Shown here piece by piece: positions 19,693 to 29,837 of a stretch of DNA of 64,000 bases. The DNA is taken from IMG/VR virus record IMGVR_UViG_3300028920_000037, positions 1 through 64,000 of that record, one strand, 5' to 3'. Position 1 is the first letter of the stretch. Each line of letters opens with the position of its first letter. Under the pieces are notes generated by a model. The model did not search any database. It saw only the letters and a list, made by a program, of their open reading frames with translations, and had not been told where the DNA came from. A program made the position numbers and the translations under genes. Source of the stretch: a virus.

Positions 19693-19730
19693 CTCGCCCA
19701 TGACGACTTACATTGTTCGTCATGGGCGAG
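19693..19730 (+). promoter_or_regulatory. Perfect 14-bp hairpin occluding ATG 19722
   Basis: CTCGCCCATGACGA / TCGTCATGGGCGAG; loop contains TACATT. Confidence 0.7.
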
Positions 19731-20447
19731 TATCATAATGGGCGCAAGACAGCCATCCACGCGGTTGGGTCGAAGGTTGAGCACAGGCTTGTTGAACAGG
19801 AAAAAGAGATTGTTCGGTTCACACACAAGATCGAAGCATTTGATGCCGCAGGCGAAAGGCTGAAGTCACTCATCATTCAGCTACGCCGCGAGATCACCAG
19901 TGGCAAGGTCCCTGTTAAGATGGGAGCTGAGGCTGAACGTTGGTTGAAGAAGGCTGCGGGCGACATCTATTCACTGCATGTGGAAACATCAGAATCAAAA
20001 CAGAAGGCGGAGGGTGCACATCTCGCGTTGAAGGAAACCGTCGAATCTCTCAAGAAGATGTTTGATGAGGAAGAACGCAAGAAGTCCGAGATAGAAGAGT
20101 GGGAGTCTCGTGACAACAAGACACTTGAGGATTTTAAGGAACGACCTATCGGTGCAGAGATCGAACCCGGCGCGCTGGTAATGGCACGAGAACATCGTAC
20201 GCAGATAGCGATCCAAGAGGAAGCGAAAGTTGCCGCCGCAAGAGAAAATACGTCGCAGCTTGAACTCGTTTATGATGAAAGAAAGAACGACGAGGGCACA
20301 CCAGAAAAGCCCGCACGGCGTAGGAGGAAGCCAAAGGCCGATGTTCAAGAGAATCTTGAACCAAAACCTCGAAGGACCCGCCGCCGCAAGAAGGGTCAAG
20401 GAGAGCAGGCACAGGTGGAGCCCCCTGCTGCGTCGCTTGATACTTAA
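19722..20447 (+). CDS. Hypothetical coiled-coil protein with basic C-terminal tail
   Basis: ATG 19722; RRRRK clusters. Confidence 0.6.
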   Translation: MGEYHNGRKTAIHAVGSKVEHRLVEQEKEIVRFTHKIEAFDAAGERLKSLIIQLRREITSGKVPVKMGAEAERWLKKAAGDIYSLHVETSESKQKAEGAHLALKETVESLKKMFDEEERKKSEIEEWESRDNKTLEDFKERPIGAEIEPGALVMAREHRTQIAIQEEAKVAAARENTSQLELVYDERKNDEGTPEKPARRRRKPKADVQENLEPKPRRTRRRKKGQGEQAQVEPPAASLDT

Positions 20448-20452
20448 GATCG

Positions 20453-20776
20453 ATGTCCGGACGAACACCAGATAGTTTTCCAGGCGTAAGGCTTGATGAA
20501 GGAATCATCCTTGACCCTATCGTTTCCGCCTCGCAAGAAGGTGAGATGCGGTACATCTCAGGTTCGTTTTCATTCTATGATTCGCAGGGAGAGTTTAATC
20601 CAAGGTCCTCTGGTTCTATTCAGGAACAGACGGGTTCATTGCCCACGCCTCAAGCAGTTGGACAGGTATTGTTTGCGCTTACGACGGCATCATTTGATAG
20701 AGCATTGCCAATAACAAGCAAGAATGGGTGGTTAGCAAATAGAGGTGGATACCTCCTGGTTAGGAAAGATTCATAA
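20453..20776 (+). CDS. Hypothetical (virion-associated?) protein
   Basis: 107 aa with SGS/TGS motifs. Confidence 0.55.
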   Translation: MSGRTPDSFPGVRLDEGIILDPIVSASQEGEMRYISGSFSFYDSQGEFNPRSSGSIQEQTGSLPTPQAVGQVLFALTTASFDRALPITSKNGWLANRGGYLLVRKDS

Positions 20777-21366
20777 TGTCATACTCTGGGTATCATGGCT
20801 CTCAGCAACCAGCGGACGGTATTCATTCGATTGCCGCGTGGTGGTTTGCGAACAATACTGATCGTGAAAACTTTTCACCGATTTACGGAGAACCGTTTAC
20901 CGCTGCCCAACTAACTTCTGACGATCTAGGAAAGGTCGCGTGGGTACATTCGGACGATAGCATTTGGTTGTTGAAGGCGACGACTCCAACGTGGGTTCAG
21001 ATATCATTTTCATCGGCAGACAACCAAGACGTTCTTGTCTTTGGCGCCTCGCGCGGCAATACGGCAACAAACATCTACCTCAGGTATCATCAGAACGTTC
21101 CTACGAATGTTTCTCCAATTGTCTCTCCATTTGATACTACGTTGATTGCAATATCAGCCTCCGGCGCGTCTGCGCAGACATGGCAGGCACAGGTACACTT
21201 GAGTGGTTCACTTGTAGCTGGGGCATACCTAGACATTAACGCTTCGCAGAACGCGTTTCGTAATGATCTTTCAATTGACTTCGATGCCGGCGACGCGATA
21301 GAGCTCTTCTGCTCGGGAACAGGCATACAGTTTCCAACGATAACGGCGTTCTTTAAGAAGAGGTAG
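20776..21366 (+). CDS. Hypothetical tail fibre-associated protein
   Basis: TAATG coupling; 196 aa. Confidence 0.55.
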   Translation: MSYSGYHGSQQPADGIHSIAAWWFANNTDRENFSPIYGEPFTAAQLTSDDLGKVAWVHSDDSIWLLKATTPTWVQISFSSADNQDVLVFGASRGNTATNIYLRYHQNVPTNVSPIVSPFDTTLIAISASGASAQTWQAQVHLSGSLVAGAYLDINASQNAFRNDLSIDFDAGDAIELFCSGTGIQFPTITAFFKKR

Positions 21367-21367
21367 G

Positions 21368-23683
21368 ATGGCACAATTTTTAGTTACAACGACCGGCACG
21401 CAGAATCCTGTTGTATTCACTGATTTGGGCGCTCGATCGATCTCGCACCCGACGACAGACCTTGATCTTTTGCTTGAGTTTTCTCTAGAGGAACTTAGGT
21501 TGTCGAGCGATGTTCAGGCCGCGCTGACGGCTGGATACATTACGGCAAAGGATGAAAACGATCAGGTTATCACGAACATTGCCACGCAACAGGTATGGGT
21601 TACACAGAAAACATTTGATTCTCACGCGCTCGATACGTCATCGAACCCTCACGGAGTAACACCAGCACAGATCGGCGCCGAGGTAACCGGTTCTGTGTCT
21701 GCATCCATCGATGCTCACCTGTCCGCAAGCAATCCACATCCCCAGTATACAAATGTATCGGAGTTTGTCGATGACGAGTTTCGATTGTTGTCGGCCGGAG
21801 ACCAGACAAAACAAATCCAATTCTTATTGTCAGCAATCTCATCTGGGACGACTAGGACACTTACGTTGCCAGATAAGGACATCACACTTAACTTCATTGA
21901 TAACATGGATACTGCCGTTACAGGTTCAGGTCACATATATCAGGTGCTTGCAGCCGACGGAAGTGGGAGCGTTGACTTCATTAGCCTAGCAACATCATAT
22001 GATGCCGTGGTTGCTCCCGACGGCTCGGGCGATTTTACGTCAATCGCCGCAGCGTTTGATGCTGGACATATAACCGTGTTTGCTCACGTTGGTACTTACG
22101 TAGAAACGTCAGACATCAACATACCACAAAACGGAGAGTTACACTGCGAAGAAGGAACGACAATCTCCTTTAACGGGCAACCGTATTCTATAAAGGTCGA
22201 TGCCGGCGCGGACATTGAAGTTTCTGGAACGATCACTGCAACATATGGTTCACCGGTGCTCGTTGGGTCGGGAACGACGTTTACAAATGCGTCAGTGGGA
22301 GACAATATCATAGTTGATGGTATCATCCTGCTTCCGGTCGTTGCGATCAATTCAGACACCCAACTTGTTGTTGCTTTAACATGGTTGGGCCCCAGCGCCT
22401 CTGGAATGACGTACCAGTTGCGTCCTACTCGTCGTTTTCGTTTGACTGGATTTTTGGTCACTGGATCAACAACGTTTGGATTGTGGATTCGCGGTGGATC
22501 GAGCTCGTTTATCTACAAAGTGTTGAGTATGGGCAACGCTGTAAATTTGAAGCTTGAGGAGTGCGCATCTGTACAGATTGATTCGTGTGCATTTTATAGC
22601 TCAACGTCAGGGGTCAATGTTGACATTAGCAGCTGTAGTTCTATTGTCTTTGATACCATTGCGTCAATTGCTGCCGCGGTGTGTGGGTTTAAGATCGAAA
22701 ATTCACAAACAACTGGCTTTAGCAAGATTTTTGCGGCGCTGAACAACTGCAATGGAATTACAGTAGGTGATGGTTGCGTAGGTACTGTTATTTCTGACTC
22801 CAACGTACGTCGAAATTTTTTGACGGGCGCAGCATTCCTTTCTGGCTCAGATAGGACGACGATTCATTCATTGTTGTCATTCGATAACGGCGGCGACGGT
22901 ATCTACCTCGCAGGGTCCAACACAGTATGCGAAGGTGCCGTTGTAACAGCAAACAGCGGCAGCGGAATTTTTTGCGGTCCGAATTCCTTGTTGTCGAACA
23001 GCAAGATCAATGAAAATGTTGGTGCTGGTATCAGTATTCAAGGAGACTCTTGCGTCATTACCTCGAATGAAGTACGAAACAACAACGGTAATGGTATCGA
23101 GATTCCAGAATCTGGAGACAGCGATTATTCCATCATTTTAGGTAATCGTGTCGCGAGCAACGGAGGCACAGGGATCTTTGTTGCAGACGGAAACATTGCA
23201 AACAAGATTGGCGTCAACTACGTTAATGGACACGTAACGAACGTAGACATCAATGATGATTCAACAATCATCATCATGGAAAATCTCATAGATGATCTAA
23301 CGCCGCAGCTAGGCGGAAATCTTGACGCGCAGAGCAAGAGCATCTATGACATCAAGCGAGCAAGCTTTGATCAAGAGTACGATATCGGCAATGTTTCTGG
23401 CTCTATGAGCGTCGATTGGTCGAACGGAAACATACAAGTCGCAACGCTGGTCGCCAATGTTACCTCTGTGACATTCTCAAGTTCTACGCCAGGAAGGTAT
23501 TCCCTAAGGGTCGTACAAGGTGGTTCAGGAGGTTATGCCTTGTCTGGTTGGTCATCTACCAAATGGAGACAAAGCCAGGTACCAGACATTAGCTCGGGCG
23601 CGGCGGGCGATGAGTATATCTTTACGTTTGAATACAGGGGTGTCTCACCTGGCTTTTACGGCGACGTTGATTCATGGAGATAA
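21368..23683 (+). CDS. Tailspike-like protein with right-handed beta-helix (pectate-lyase-like) domain
   Basis: VAPDGSGDFTSIAAA pectinesterase-like start; repeated NxGxGI turns; NPHGVTPAQIG, HPQY and TPQLGGNLD fibre motifs. Confidence 0.75.
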   Translation: MAQFLVTTTGTQNPVVFTDLGARSISHPTTDLDLLLEFSLEELRLSSDVQAALTAGYITAKDENDQVITNIATQQVWVTQKTFDSHALDTSSNPHGVTPAQIGAEVTGSVSASIDAHLSASNPHPQYTNVSEFVDDEFRLLSAGDQTKQIQFLLSAISSGTTRTLTLPDKDITLNFIDNMDTAVTGSGHIYQVLAADGSGSVDFISLATSYDAVVAPDGSGDFTSIAAAFDAGHITVFAHVGTYVETSDINIPQNGELHCEEGTTISFNGQPYSIKVDAGADIEVSGTITATYGSPVLVGSGTTFTNASVGDNIIVDGIILLPVVAINSDTQLVVALTWLGPSASGMTYQLRPTRRFRLTGFLVTGSTTFGLWIRGGSSSFIYKVLSMGNAVNLKLEECASVQIDSCAFYSSTSGVNVDISSCSSIVFDTIASIAAAVCGFKIENSQTTGFSKIFAALNNCNGITVGDGCVGTVISDSNVRRNFLTGAAFLSGSDRTTIHSLLSFDNGGDGIYLAGSNTVCEGAVVTANSGSGIFCGPNSLLSNSKINENVGAGISIQGDSCVITSNEVRNNNGNGIEIPESGDSDYSIILGNRVASNGGTGIFVADGNIANKIGVNYVNGHVTNVDINDDSTIIIMENLIDDLTPQLGGNLDAQSKSIYDIKRASFDQEYDIGNVSGSMSVDWSNGNIQVATLVANVTSVTFSSSTPGRYSLRVVQGGSGGYALSGWSSTKWRQSQVPDISSGAAGDEYIFTFEYRGVSPGFYGDVDSWR

Positions 23684-23686
23684 TTG

Positions 23687-25057
23687 ATGGCAATCACTAT
23701 TGATAGCGTCGTTGTTGATACTAATTCGAGTATTTCTACATGGAACAGGACGAACACCACCGTTGCCGGAGGTTCAAATCGTCGATTCATAGTAGGAGTC
23801 ATCATTGAAGACGCGTCAGCAGCCGTCGTACAGTCTGTCACGATAAACGGACAACCTCTCACTCAAGACGTTAGAGAGATCATCAGTTCAGGATTTTCAG
23901 CAATCGCCGAGGTTTGGTCGATCGGTGAGGCGGCATTACCTGTAGCCGGAAATTACACGTTGTCAGTCGTCTGTGACATTACTGTAGGTGAAATTGCGGT
24001 GTTTATCTGCAACGCCAATGGTGTGAAGGACCAGGACGCTGAGGCGACAACCGGCAACAATGCGACAAACGTTACTTCGATCAGCGATACAATAACAACA
24101 TTGACAGATGATGCGTTGATCTATAGCGTTTGTATAACGGGTGACGGTGGGCGCACATTGACACCAACGCAAGGCGGTCAAACGCTTCAGGGCCAGGCGG
24201 ACATGTCATCGTGTGAGGGTGCTGTGAGTACCCAAATAACAACGACGGCTGGCAACTATACGCACGGGTTTACGGGTCCTTCTCAAAGCAATCGTATGGC
24301 GATTGCCTTGGCGGCGTATGAAAAGTACGTAGAAAGCGAACCAACAACGCCTCAGGTCGTCGATTCGTTTACCGGATCATCGACTGGAACTACGCTGGAT
24401 ATAACTGTTGATGTAAATTCATATTCAAATAGGGTCTTTGGAGCGTTCATCACATCATTAGGCAGCAATTCGACCAACAACGCAATCAGTTCTGTTGTTT
24501 TGGATCCAGGCGGGTACAGCGTTAGTTTGACGCAGGCGTTTACACAACAGAGCGGTTTGCGGTTTGGATGGAACGCACGTTCGAGCGTTTGGTACATGCT
24601 AGACAGCGCTATGCCCACACCTGGGTCGTATACGCTGAGGATTACGTCAGCTGGAACACCACGTGCTATGCTGGCGACGGTGATGTCGCTTAGGTCTACC
24701 AAGCAGGAGGCTCCATTTGCGACCGCAGGGACAGGTACAATCATTAGTACGTCATCGATATCAACAAACATCAATACTAGCCCGAACAGCACGGCTCTAC
24801 TCGTAGATGTTGATACAGTCTATGGAACAGATCAAACCGGAACTTCGGGCGCCGGTCAGACAACCACGGCTGATCTATTCACGACGTACACAAATCACTT
24901 TACGAGCTATAAAACCGTATCATCGATTGGAACGTATCCGATGTCGTGGAATTTTTCTGGTACTACGTGGGCACAGGCGCACTCTGTTGTTGCGTTTGCC
25001 GTAGCACCCATTACGGCAATAGAACACTATGCAACCTGGTTTGGAGGAGGATTCTGA
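23687..25057 (+). CDS. Thr/Ser-rich two-domain putative receptor-binding/virion protein
   Basis: Two similar beta-sandwich-like halves (SNRRFIVG/SNRVFGA; AGNYTL/PGSYTL). Confidence 0.55.
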   Translation: MAITIDSVVVDTNSSISTWNRTNTTVAGGSNRRFIVGVIIEDASAAVVQSVTINGQPLTQDVREIISSGFSAIAEVWSIGEAALPVAGNYTLSVVCDITVGEIAVFICNANGVKDQDAEATTGNNATNVTSISDTITTLTDDALIYSVCITGDGGRTLTPTQGGQTLQGQADMSSCEGAVSTQITTTAGNYTHGFTGPSQSNRMAIALAAYEKYVESEPTTPQVVDSFTGSSTGTTLDITVDVNSYSNRVFGAFITSLGSNSTNNAISSVVLDPGGYSVSLTQAFTQQSGLRFGWNARSSVWYMLDSAMPTPGSYTLRITSAGTPRAMLATVMSLRSTKQEAPFATAGTGTIISTSSISTNINTSPNSTALLVDVDTVYGTDQTGTSGAGQTTTADLFTTYTNHFTSYKTVSSIGTYPMSWNFSGTTWAQAHSVVAFAVAPITAIEHYATWFGGGF

Positions 25058-26109
25058 TGGGCACTTGGTCTGGAGAAACATACTCAGCAACGTACATTGA
25101 GACAAAAAACAACAAGGTAAACGCTGCAGCGCTAGAACATCAAGTTCGCTATAGCCACTCGCTTGGATTGGGAACGATTAAGACGACAACGTTTAACTTT
25201 TTGAACGATGATAAGTCTGGAGAGAATGTTCATCTTCATTTTTGGAACGTTCCGACAGAAACCGAAAAGTTGGTCGTCGCCAACATAGTTGCTCAGCACG
25301 ATGGTACGCCCATCGATCAAAACGTCATAAAGATTGATATGCCTGCTGAGCCAGACGGACGTCTTTTGACTACGCCAACACCGGCTCCTTTGGCGTGGAA
25401 CATCATTTATACTAGTCATAGCGATGATCTCGTTCAGTATGCTGCGTACGTTGCGGCCGGTGGGTTTCATCCTAACGGTTCTGGAAGATGTAGTGGACCG
25501 GTACTACAAATAAATCCGCCAGGCAATGCATCGCAGCCTAATGACTTTGTTGATGGTGAATTTTCATACGCAGAGACTGTATTGATTCATGATGGTGAAT
25601 TGCATTGGGAGCCTGGCATCATAGACGGAGGCGAATGGACTAACGAAGACTGGGTCAGCGTCGGTGCGAGGTTTCCCCCGAGCGAAGTTATTTCGGGAGG
25701 TGAGGCAAACGCCGTCCTACAGGAGCTCGTCCCTAGTTCAGGGATGTACATAGTGATCCCCGTTCCGGAGGGGGCGGGTACACATCAAGTCACAAAGGCG
25801 GTCCCTGTACCTGTTGCTGATCGAATGTTACGTACTGGATTTTGGACGTGGGACTTTGAAAAAGGGCCAGCTGTAACGGCAAATCGATCACAGGACGGTA
25901 CACACAATCTCTACACGTTTCAGACTCCAGACGCGTGGTTTATGTCTCGAGTCTCAACGGTAGGCGTGCTGAAAAGCTTCCTTCCAGACGCGTATCGCGT
26001 TGAAGCGATACATCCGGCATGGAAAGTTGTTGTTCGAGCGTATAAAAGCTCGATTGGCACAGGAAGATTGACTGGTAGGATGACACTGTTCAGGAAGAAC
26101 GTAACATGA
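25057..26109 (+). CDS. Hypothetical protein
   Basis: GGAGG RBS and TGATG coupling give start 25057. Confidence 0.6.
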   Translation: MGTWSGETYSATYIETKNNKVNAAALEHQVRYSHSLGLGTIKTTTFNFLNDDKSGENVHLHFWNVPTETEKLVVANIVAQHDGTPIDQNVIKIDMPAEPDGRLLTTPTPAPLAWNIIYTSHSDDLVQYAAYVAAGGFHPNGSGRCSGPVLQINPPGNASQPNDFVDGEFSYAETVLIHDGELHWEPGIIDGGEWTNEDWVSVGARFPPSEVISGGEANAVLQELVPSSGMYIVIPVPEGAGTHQVTKAVPVPVADRMLRTGFWTWDFEKGPAVTANRSQDGTHNLYTFQTPDAWFMSRVSTVGVLKSFLPDAYRVEAIHPAWKVVVRAYKSSIGTGRLTGRMTLFRKNVT

Positions 26110-26996
26110 CGAGGGCTCTAGTTTTAAGTGGTGGTGGAGCAAAGGGTGCCTATCAGGTGGGTGTTATTATGCATCTAATGGGTGATCTTCATAGAGAATA
26201 TGACATCTTTACAGGTGTTTCTGTTGGTGCAATCAACGCTGCTGCGGTATCACAGCACCTTGGTACGATGACACCCCATCAGGCCTCCACGTGGCTTAGA
26301 GATTTTTGGGTGTCCACGGTCAAGGATAACACTTCAGTTTACAGGAAGCGTTTTTTGTGGGAGCTTGCAGCGCTCTGGAGCACCTCAGCCTATTCGACAA
26401 AACCACTTCAGAGATTGGTGTATGAAAACATTGACCTCGATCTTTTAAAGGGTTCTGGTAAGAAGGTTGCAGTCGGCGCAGTTAGCCTTGATACGGGTGA
26501 TTATGCCTATGGCCGTGAGTATAATCCGTACTTCAAAGATTGGATCCTTGCAAGCGCAGCGTTTCCGATCTTTTTAGAACCTATTAAGATCGATGGGCAG
26601 CTTTGGACTGACGGAGGCCTGAAGCGTGTCACTCCATTAGCTGAAGCGATTCGTCTTGGTGCCGACGAAGTTGATGTCATCATGTGTTCAAATTGGGAAC
26701 TCCCAATCCCATGGGAGACAGGAAAAAAGTGGCAGTTCTGGAAGCGCGCAGCATTCCCAGCACAGGTCTTGCGTATCATGAAGATTTACAACGATCAGAT
26801 CCTTGAAATGGATATCAAGATTACTGGGATGAAGAATGAGCTTGCTCAGGCAAATCCGAAGTATCGCCATGTGAAGATAAACCTTATTAGACCAAATAAA
26901 ATACTCATGGATGATTCTTTGCAGTTTTCAAATGCAGAGGTGAAGAGGTTGATCAGCCTCGGTTACAGGGACGCAACTAACACCGTCGTGGTATAA
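26106..26996 (+). CDS. Patatin-like phospholipase
   Basis: LSGGGAKG oxyanion loop, GVSVG nucleophile elbow, DGG catalytic Asp. Confidence 0.92.
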   Translation: MTRALVLSGGGAKGAYQVGVIMHLMGDLHREYDIFTGVSVGAINAAAVSQHLGTMTPHQASTWLRDFWVSTVKDNTSVYRKRFLWELAALWSTSAYSTKPLQRLVYENIDLDLLKGSGKKVAVGAVSLDTGDYAYGREYNPYFKDWILASAAFPIFLEPIKIDGQLWTDGGLKRVTPLAEAIRLGADEVDVIMCSNWELPIPWETGKKWQFWKRAAFPAQVLRIMKIYNDQILEMDIKITGMKNELAQANPKYRHVKINLIRPNKILMDDSLQFSNAEVKRLISLGYRDATNTVVV

Positions 26997-27003
26997 TTGA
27001 ATA

Positions 27004-27459
27004 GTGAGCCTACTTCAGTTACGTAGCGTAAACTTTGGACGTTCGTTTTCGAATTTGACTGGTTCGACGGGCGTGGGCTACACGTTGCTAAGTACGACAG
27101 GTGCTGAGTACCAGGCTCGTACGACGACGGGCGTTTATCAGGCTGTTTCGGGAAGCGGGCTCTACTCAGCAAACATTTCGTTCCCAGACGACTGGAACGG
27201 TCAGGTTGTTTGGGACACGGGGACCGTGTTTACGGGTTCGTGTGGTGGGCCAAAGTACGCCATCGAACAGTACAACTACGAAGAGAACAACCCAAAGGTT
27301 GATGATATATTCAATATTGAATATGGCCGTTGGCGTATTGTCAATGATCAGATGATTTTCTATCTTGATGACAATACGACAGAAGTTGCAAGGTTTGACC
27401 TGTATGATGAGAACGGGCTTCCGACCGTAGACGCTGTGTTCGAGCGTAGGAGGGTCTAG
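27004..27459 (+). CDS. Hypothetical virion protein
   Basis: GTG start 6 nt after TGgTATAAT; 151 aa. Confidence 0.6.
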   Translation: MSLLQLRSVNFGRSFSNLTGSTGVGYTLLSTTGAEYQARTTTGVYQAVSGSGLYSANISFPDDWNGQVVWDTGTVFTGSCGGPKYAIEQYNYEENNPKVDDIFNIEYGRWRIVNDQMIFYLDDNTTEVARFDLYDENGLPTVDAVFERRRV

Positions 27460-27806
27460 TGCCTGTCAACAAGGTCGTGACGCGTGGGTTTGGTCCTGCA
27501 CGTGACGGTGTCGGTAATCGAGCCGGTCCTGTGACGCGGGGATACGGTGGGCGCTTCATTAAGCAGATCGTCGAGCTCGTTGTTCGAAGGATACATGGTC
27601 GTTCTGGTCGAAAGAGCCATGAGGATGTTAATGAACTCGTCGTTTACGCAAAACTCATCGAAGTAAACGATCATGAGCCCAAACGAAAGATCGAGGGTTG
27701 GGTCAAGGTAAATGTCTCAGGAGAGTACGTCAGATCGTTAGTCGAACACATTACCTCGAAGGTGAAGGACGTCTGGGTCTCTGTGACGCGTGTCATCAGG
27801 GACTAG
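27459..27806 (+). CDS. Hypothetical protein
   Basis: VTRGFG/VTRGYG repeat; coupled start. Confidence 0.55.
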   Translation: MPVNKVVTRGFGPARDGVGNRAGPVTRGYGGRFIKQIVELVVRRIHGRSGRKSHEDVNELVVYAKLIEVNDHEPKRKIEGWVKVNVSGEYVRSLVEHITSKVKDVWVSVTRVIRD

Positions 27807-27822
27807 GGAATAGTTATCTGCC

Positions 27823-28425
27823 ATGCAGCCGCTGAAAGAAACCATCGAATTAAACATCGATGAGTCAAACGAGCTACTCTTCAAGGTACAGGTCGAAGGA
27901 AACGATGTGGCACCAGCACGTGTCAGGTTGGTGTGTGAAGGGGAAGATATCTCGTACCATTTCAATGGTGAAGGTACAGATGAGCCTGGAATCGTGCAGT
28001 TTGTGATCCCGAACATGACCGGACGCATCAAGGAAGGCGTCTATTCTTCGTCTGTCGAAGTTCTGATTGACAACAGGTACTTTGCGCCCGTTCAGTTTGA
28101 CTTGCAATTCAAGCAACCGGTCAAGGTCACTGCAGAGTCTGTAAGCGTACCGAAAAAGCGTGCCAGCAGGAAGCGGGACGTAACCGTCTCAGCGTCGCCT
28201 GTCCTTGTTGAGAAGAGCGATCGTAGGCCAAAGGTCGAGCCAACACCCACACCGAAGCCGCTTCAGATCGCCGAAGGCCGAAGGGCCCGCAAGGTAAAGA
28301 TCGAGGAAACGCTTGCAAAGCTTCCACGAGACAAGCCTGGTAAAAAGGACGAAGGACCGATCTCAGACGGCGAACTCCGCGATCTCATTGAGTCGATGAC
28401 TCGTAATGTCCTCAAGGAAAAGTGA
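27823..28425 (+). CDS. Hypothetical protein
   Basis: TAGTTA at 27811, leaderless ATG. Confidence 0.6.
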   Translation: MQPLKETIELNIDESNELLFKVQVEGNDVAPARVRLVCEGEDISYHFNGEGTDEPGIVQFVIPNMTGRIKEGVYSSSVEVLIDNRYFAPVQFDLQFKQPVKVTAESVSVPKKRASRKRDVTVSASPVLVEKSDRRPKVEPTPTPKPLQIAEGRRARKVKIEETLAKLPRDKPGKKDEGPISDGELRDLIESMTRNVLKEK

Positions 28426-28601
28426 TGTCATACGTGCTTAGGGTCTTCGTCAGAGAGGTCATTAAAAAGTGCAAAAGGAGTGATGCGAAGGACGGTGAAA
28501 ATGTCTGTCTCTATACAAAAGACGGTAAACACCTCCTCGGCAGGCACAAGACGAAGAAGGACGCGTACGACCAGGAGTATGCGATCAAGCAGCACAAGTA
28601 A
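28425..28601 (+). CDS. Small basic protein (58 aa; below ORF-track cutoff)
   Basis: MSYVLRVFVREVIKK...LYTKDGKHLLGRHKTKKDAYDQEYAIKQHK; TGATG coupling. Confidence 0.65.
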   Translation: MSYVLRVFVREVIKKCKRSDAKDGENVCLYTKDGKHLLGRHKTKKDAYDQEYAIKQHK

Positions 28602-28613
28602 TACCTAATCTCG

Positions 28614-29813
28614 ATGGCAAGTTTCATCGATACAGTCAGGCCGACGCCGTTCGGATATTTCGACGCAGACGTTGACTTTCAAACTGCTGCAGATCCGATG
28701 GTCACGTTTGTTAAGCGCCGCCTTGGTGATGACATCCTTTCCGTCGAGCTGACGAGAAAGCAGATCTGGGCGTGCTTTGAGGAGGCGTCGCTCGAGTACG
28801 CTCGACTCATTCAAGAGCTCAGGATCAAGAGCGACCTTGTCCAAGTACTCGGTCGTCCTACAGGAAGCTCTGACTACACGAACAAGTACCCTCAACAGAC
28901 GCTTGAGTACCTGATGAGAATGGCTGAACCGTATGCCACTGCGGCACAGGTCGGTGGAAGCTACAATGCGGAGCTTGGATACTTCGAGATTGAATCGGGC
29001 CGGCAGGATTACAATATCTACACGGAGCTGATGTCAGACACGTCGCCGGGCGTTCCTGTGTTCGATACGCTTCCAACAGGTTCACGTGGTAAGATGCGTA
29101 TCGCCGAGGTGTTTCACTTTGAACCTCTCGCTGCACAGCAGATGCTCCTCAACGCGTCGAACATCACGAATTTCCTGGCGACAAATTTCAATTACGAGAG
29201 CTATGTGAACAGCACTGTGTTCTACGTACTGCCCGTGTTCGAGGACGTCCTTCGTCGCGGCATGCTCGAGGAGGCGTTTCGCGTCAGGCGTTCGCACTAC
29301 AGCTGGGAGATCATCGGTACGAACCTGCGTATTTACCCTATCCCATCGACGACGCTGAACCTCGGTAAGCTCTATGTGAGGGTCATCCCACGCATCGACC
29401 CGCTGAATCCAGCGTTCAGTGATACGCTTCCAAACGGCGGTGATGATTCGATTAGCGGCGTAAGTGGACCTCACAACGCACCGTACTCGATCATTCCGTA
29501 CGCCTCGATTACAGAACCTGGTCGACAATGGATCAGGCAGTACACACTCGCGCTGTGCACTGTCACGCTTGGAAGGGTCAGAAGCAAGATCAAGACGATT
29601 CCAATTCCAAATGCCGATCTTGTCCTCGATGGTGAGCAGCTCGTCTCCGAAGGCAGAGAGGACCTTGAAAAGCTCTCTGATCAGCTGAAAGAATGGCTCG
29701 CAGAGATGACAAACGAGAAGCTTGCTGAAAGAGAGGCGAACCTCGCTGAGTCGATCAATAGGCAGCTGCGTTTCGTCCCGATCCCAGGTGGAAAAGCGAT
29801 ATCCATCTATTGA
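28614..29813 (+). CDS. Neck protein (T4 gp13-like)
   Basis: RRLG...VELT..Q N-terminus; WIRQYTLAL..LGRVRSK; synteny. Confidence 0.8.
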   Translation: MASFIDTVRPTPFGYFDADVDFQTAADPMVTFVKRRLGDDILSVELTRKQIWACFEEASLEYARLIQELRIKSDLVQVLGRPTGSSDYTNKYPQQTLEYLMRMAEPYATAAQVGGSYNAELGYFEIESGRQDYNIYTELMSDTSPGVPVFDTLPTGSRGKMRIAEVFHFEPLAAQQMLLNASNITNFLATNFNYESYVNSTVFYVLPVFEDVLRRGMLEEAFRVRRSHYSWEIIGTNLRIYPIPSTTLNLGKLYVRVIPRIDPLNPAFSDTLPNGGDDSISGVSGPHNAPYSIIPYASITEPGRQWIRQYTLALCTVTLGRVRSKIKTIPIPNADLVLDGEQLVSEGREDLEKLSDQLKEWLAEMTNEKLAEREANLAESINRQLRFVPIPGGKAISIY

Positions 29814-29837
29814 GGCACAGGTCCTAGTTATCACCGG

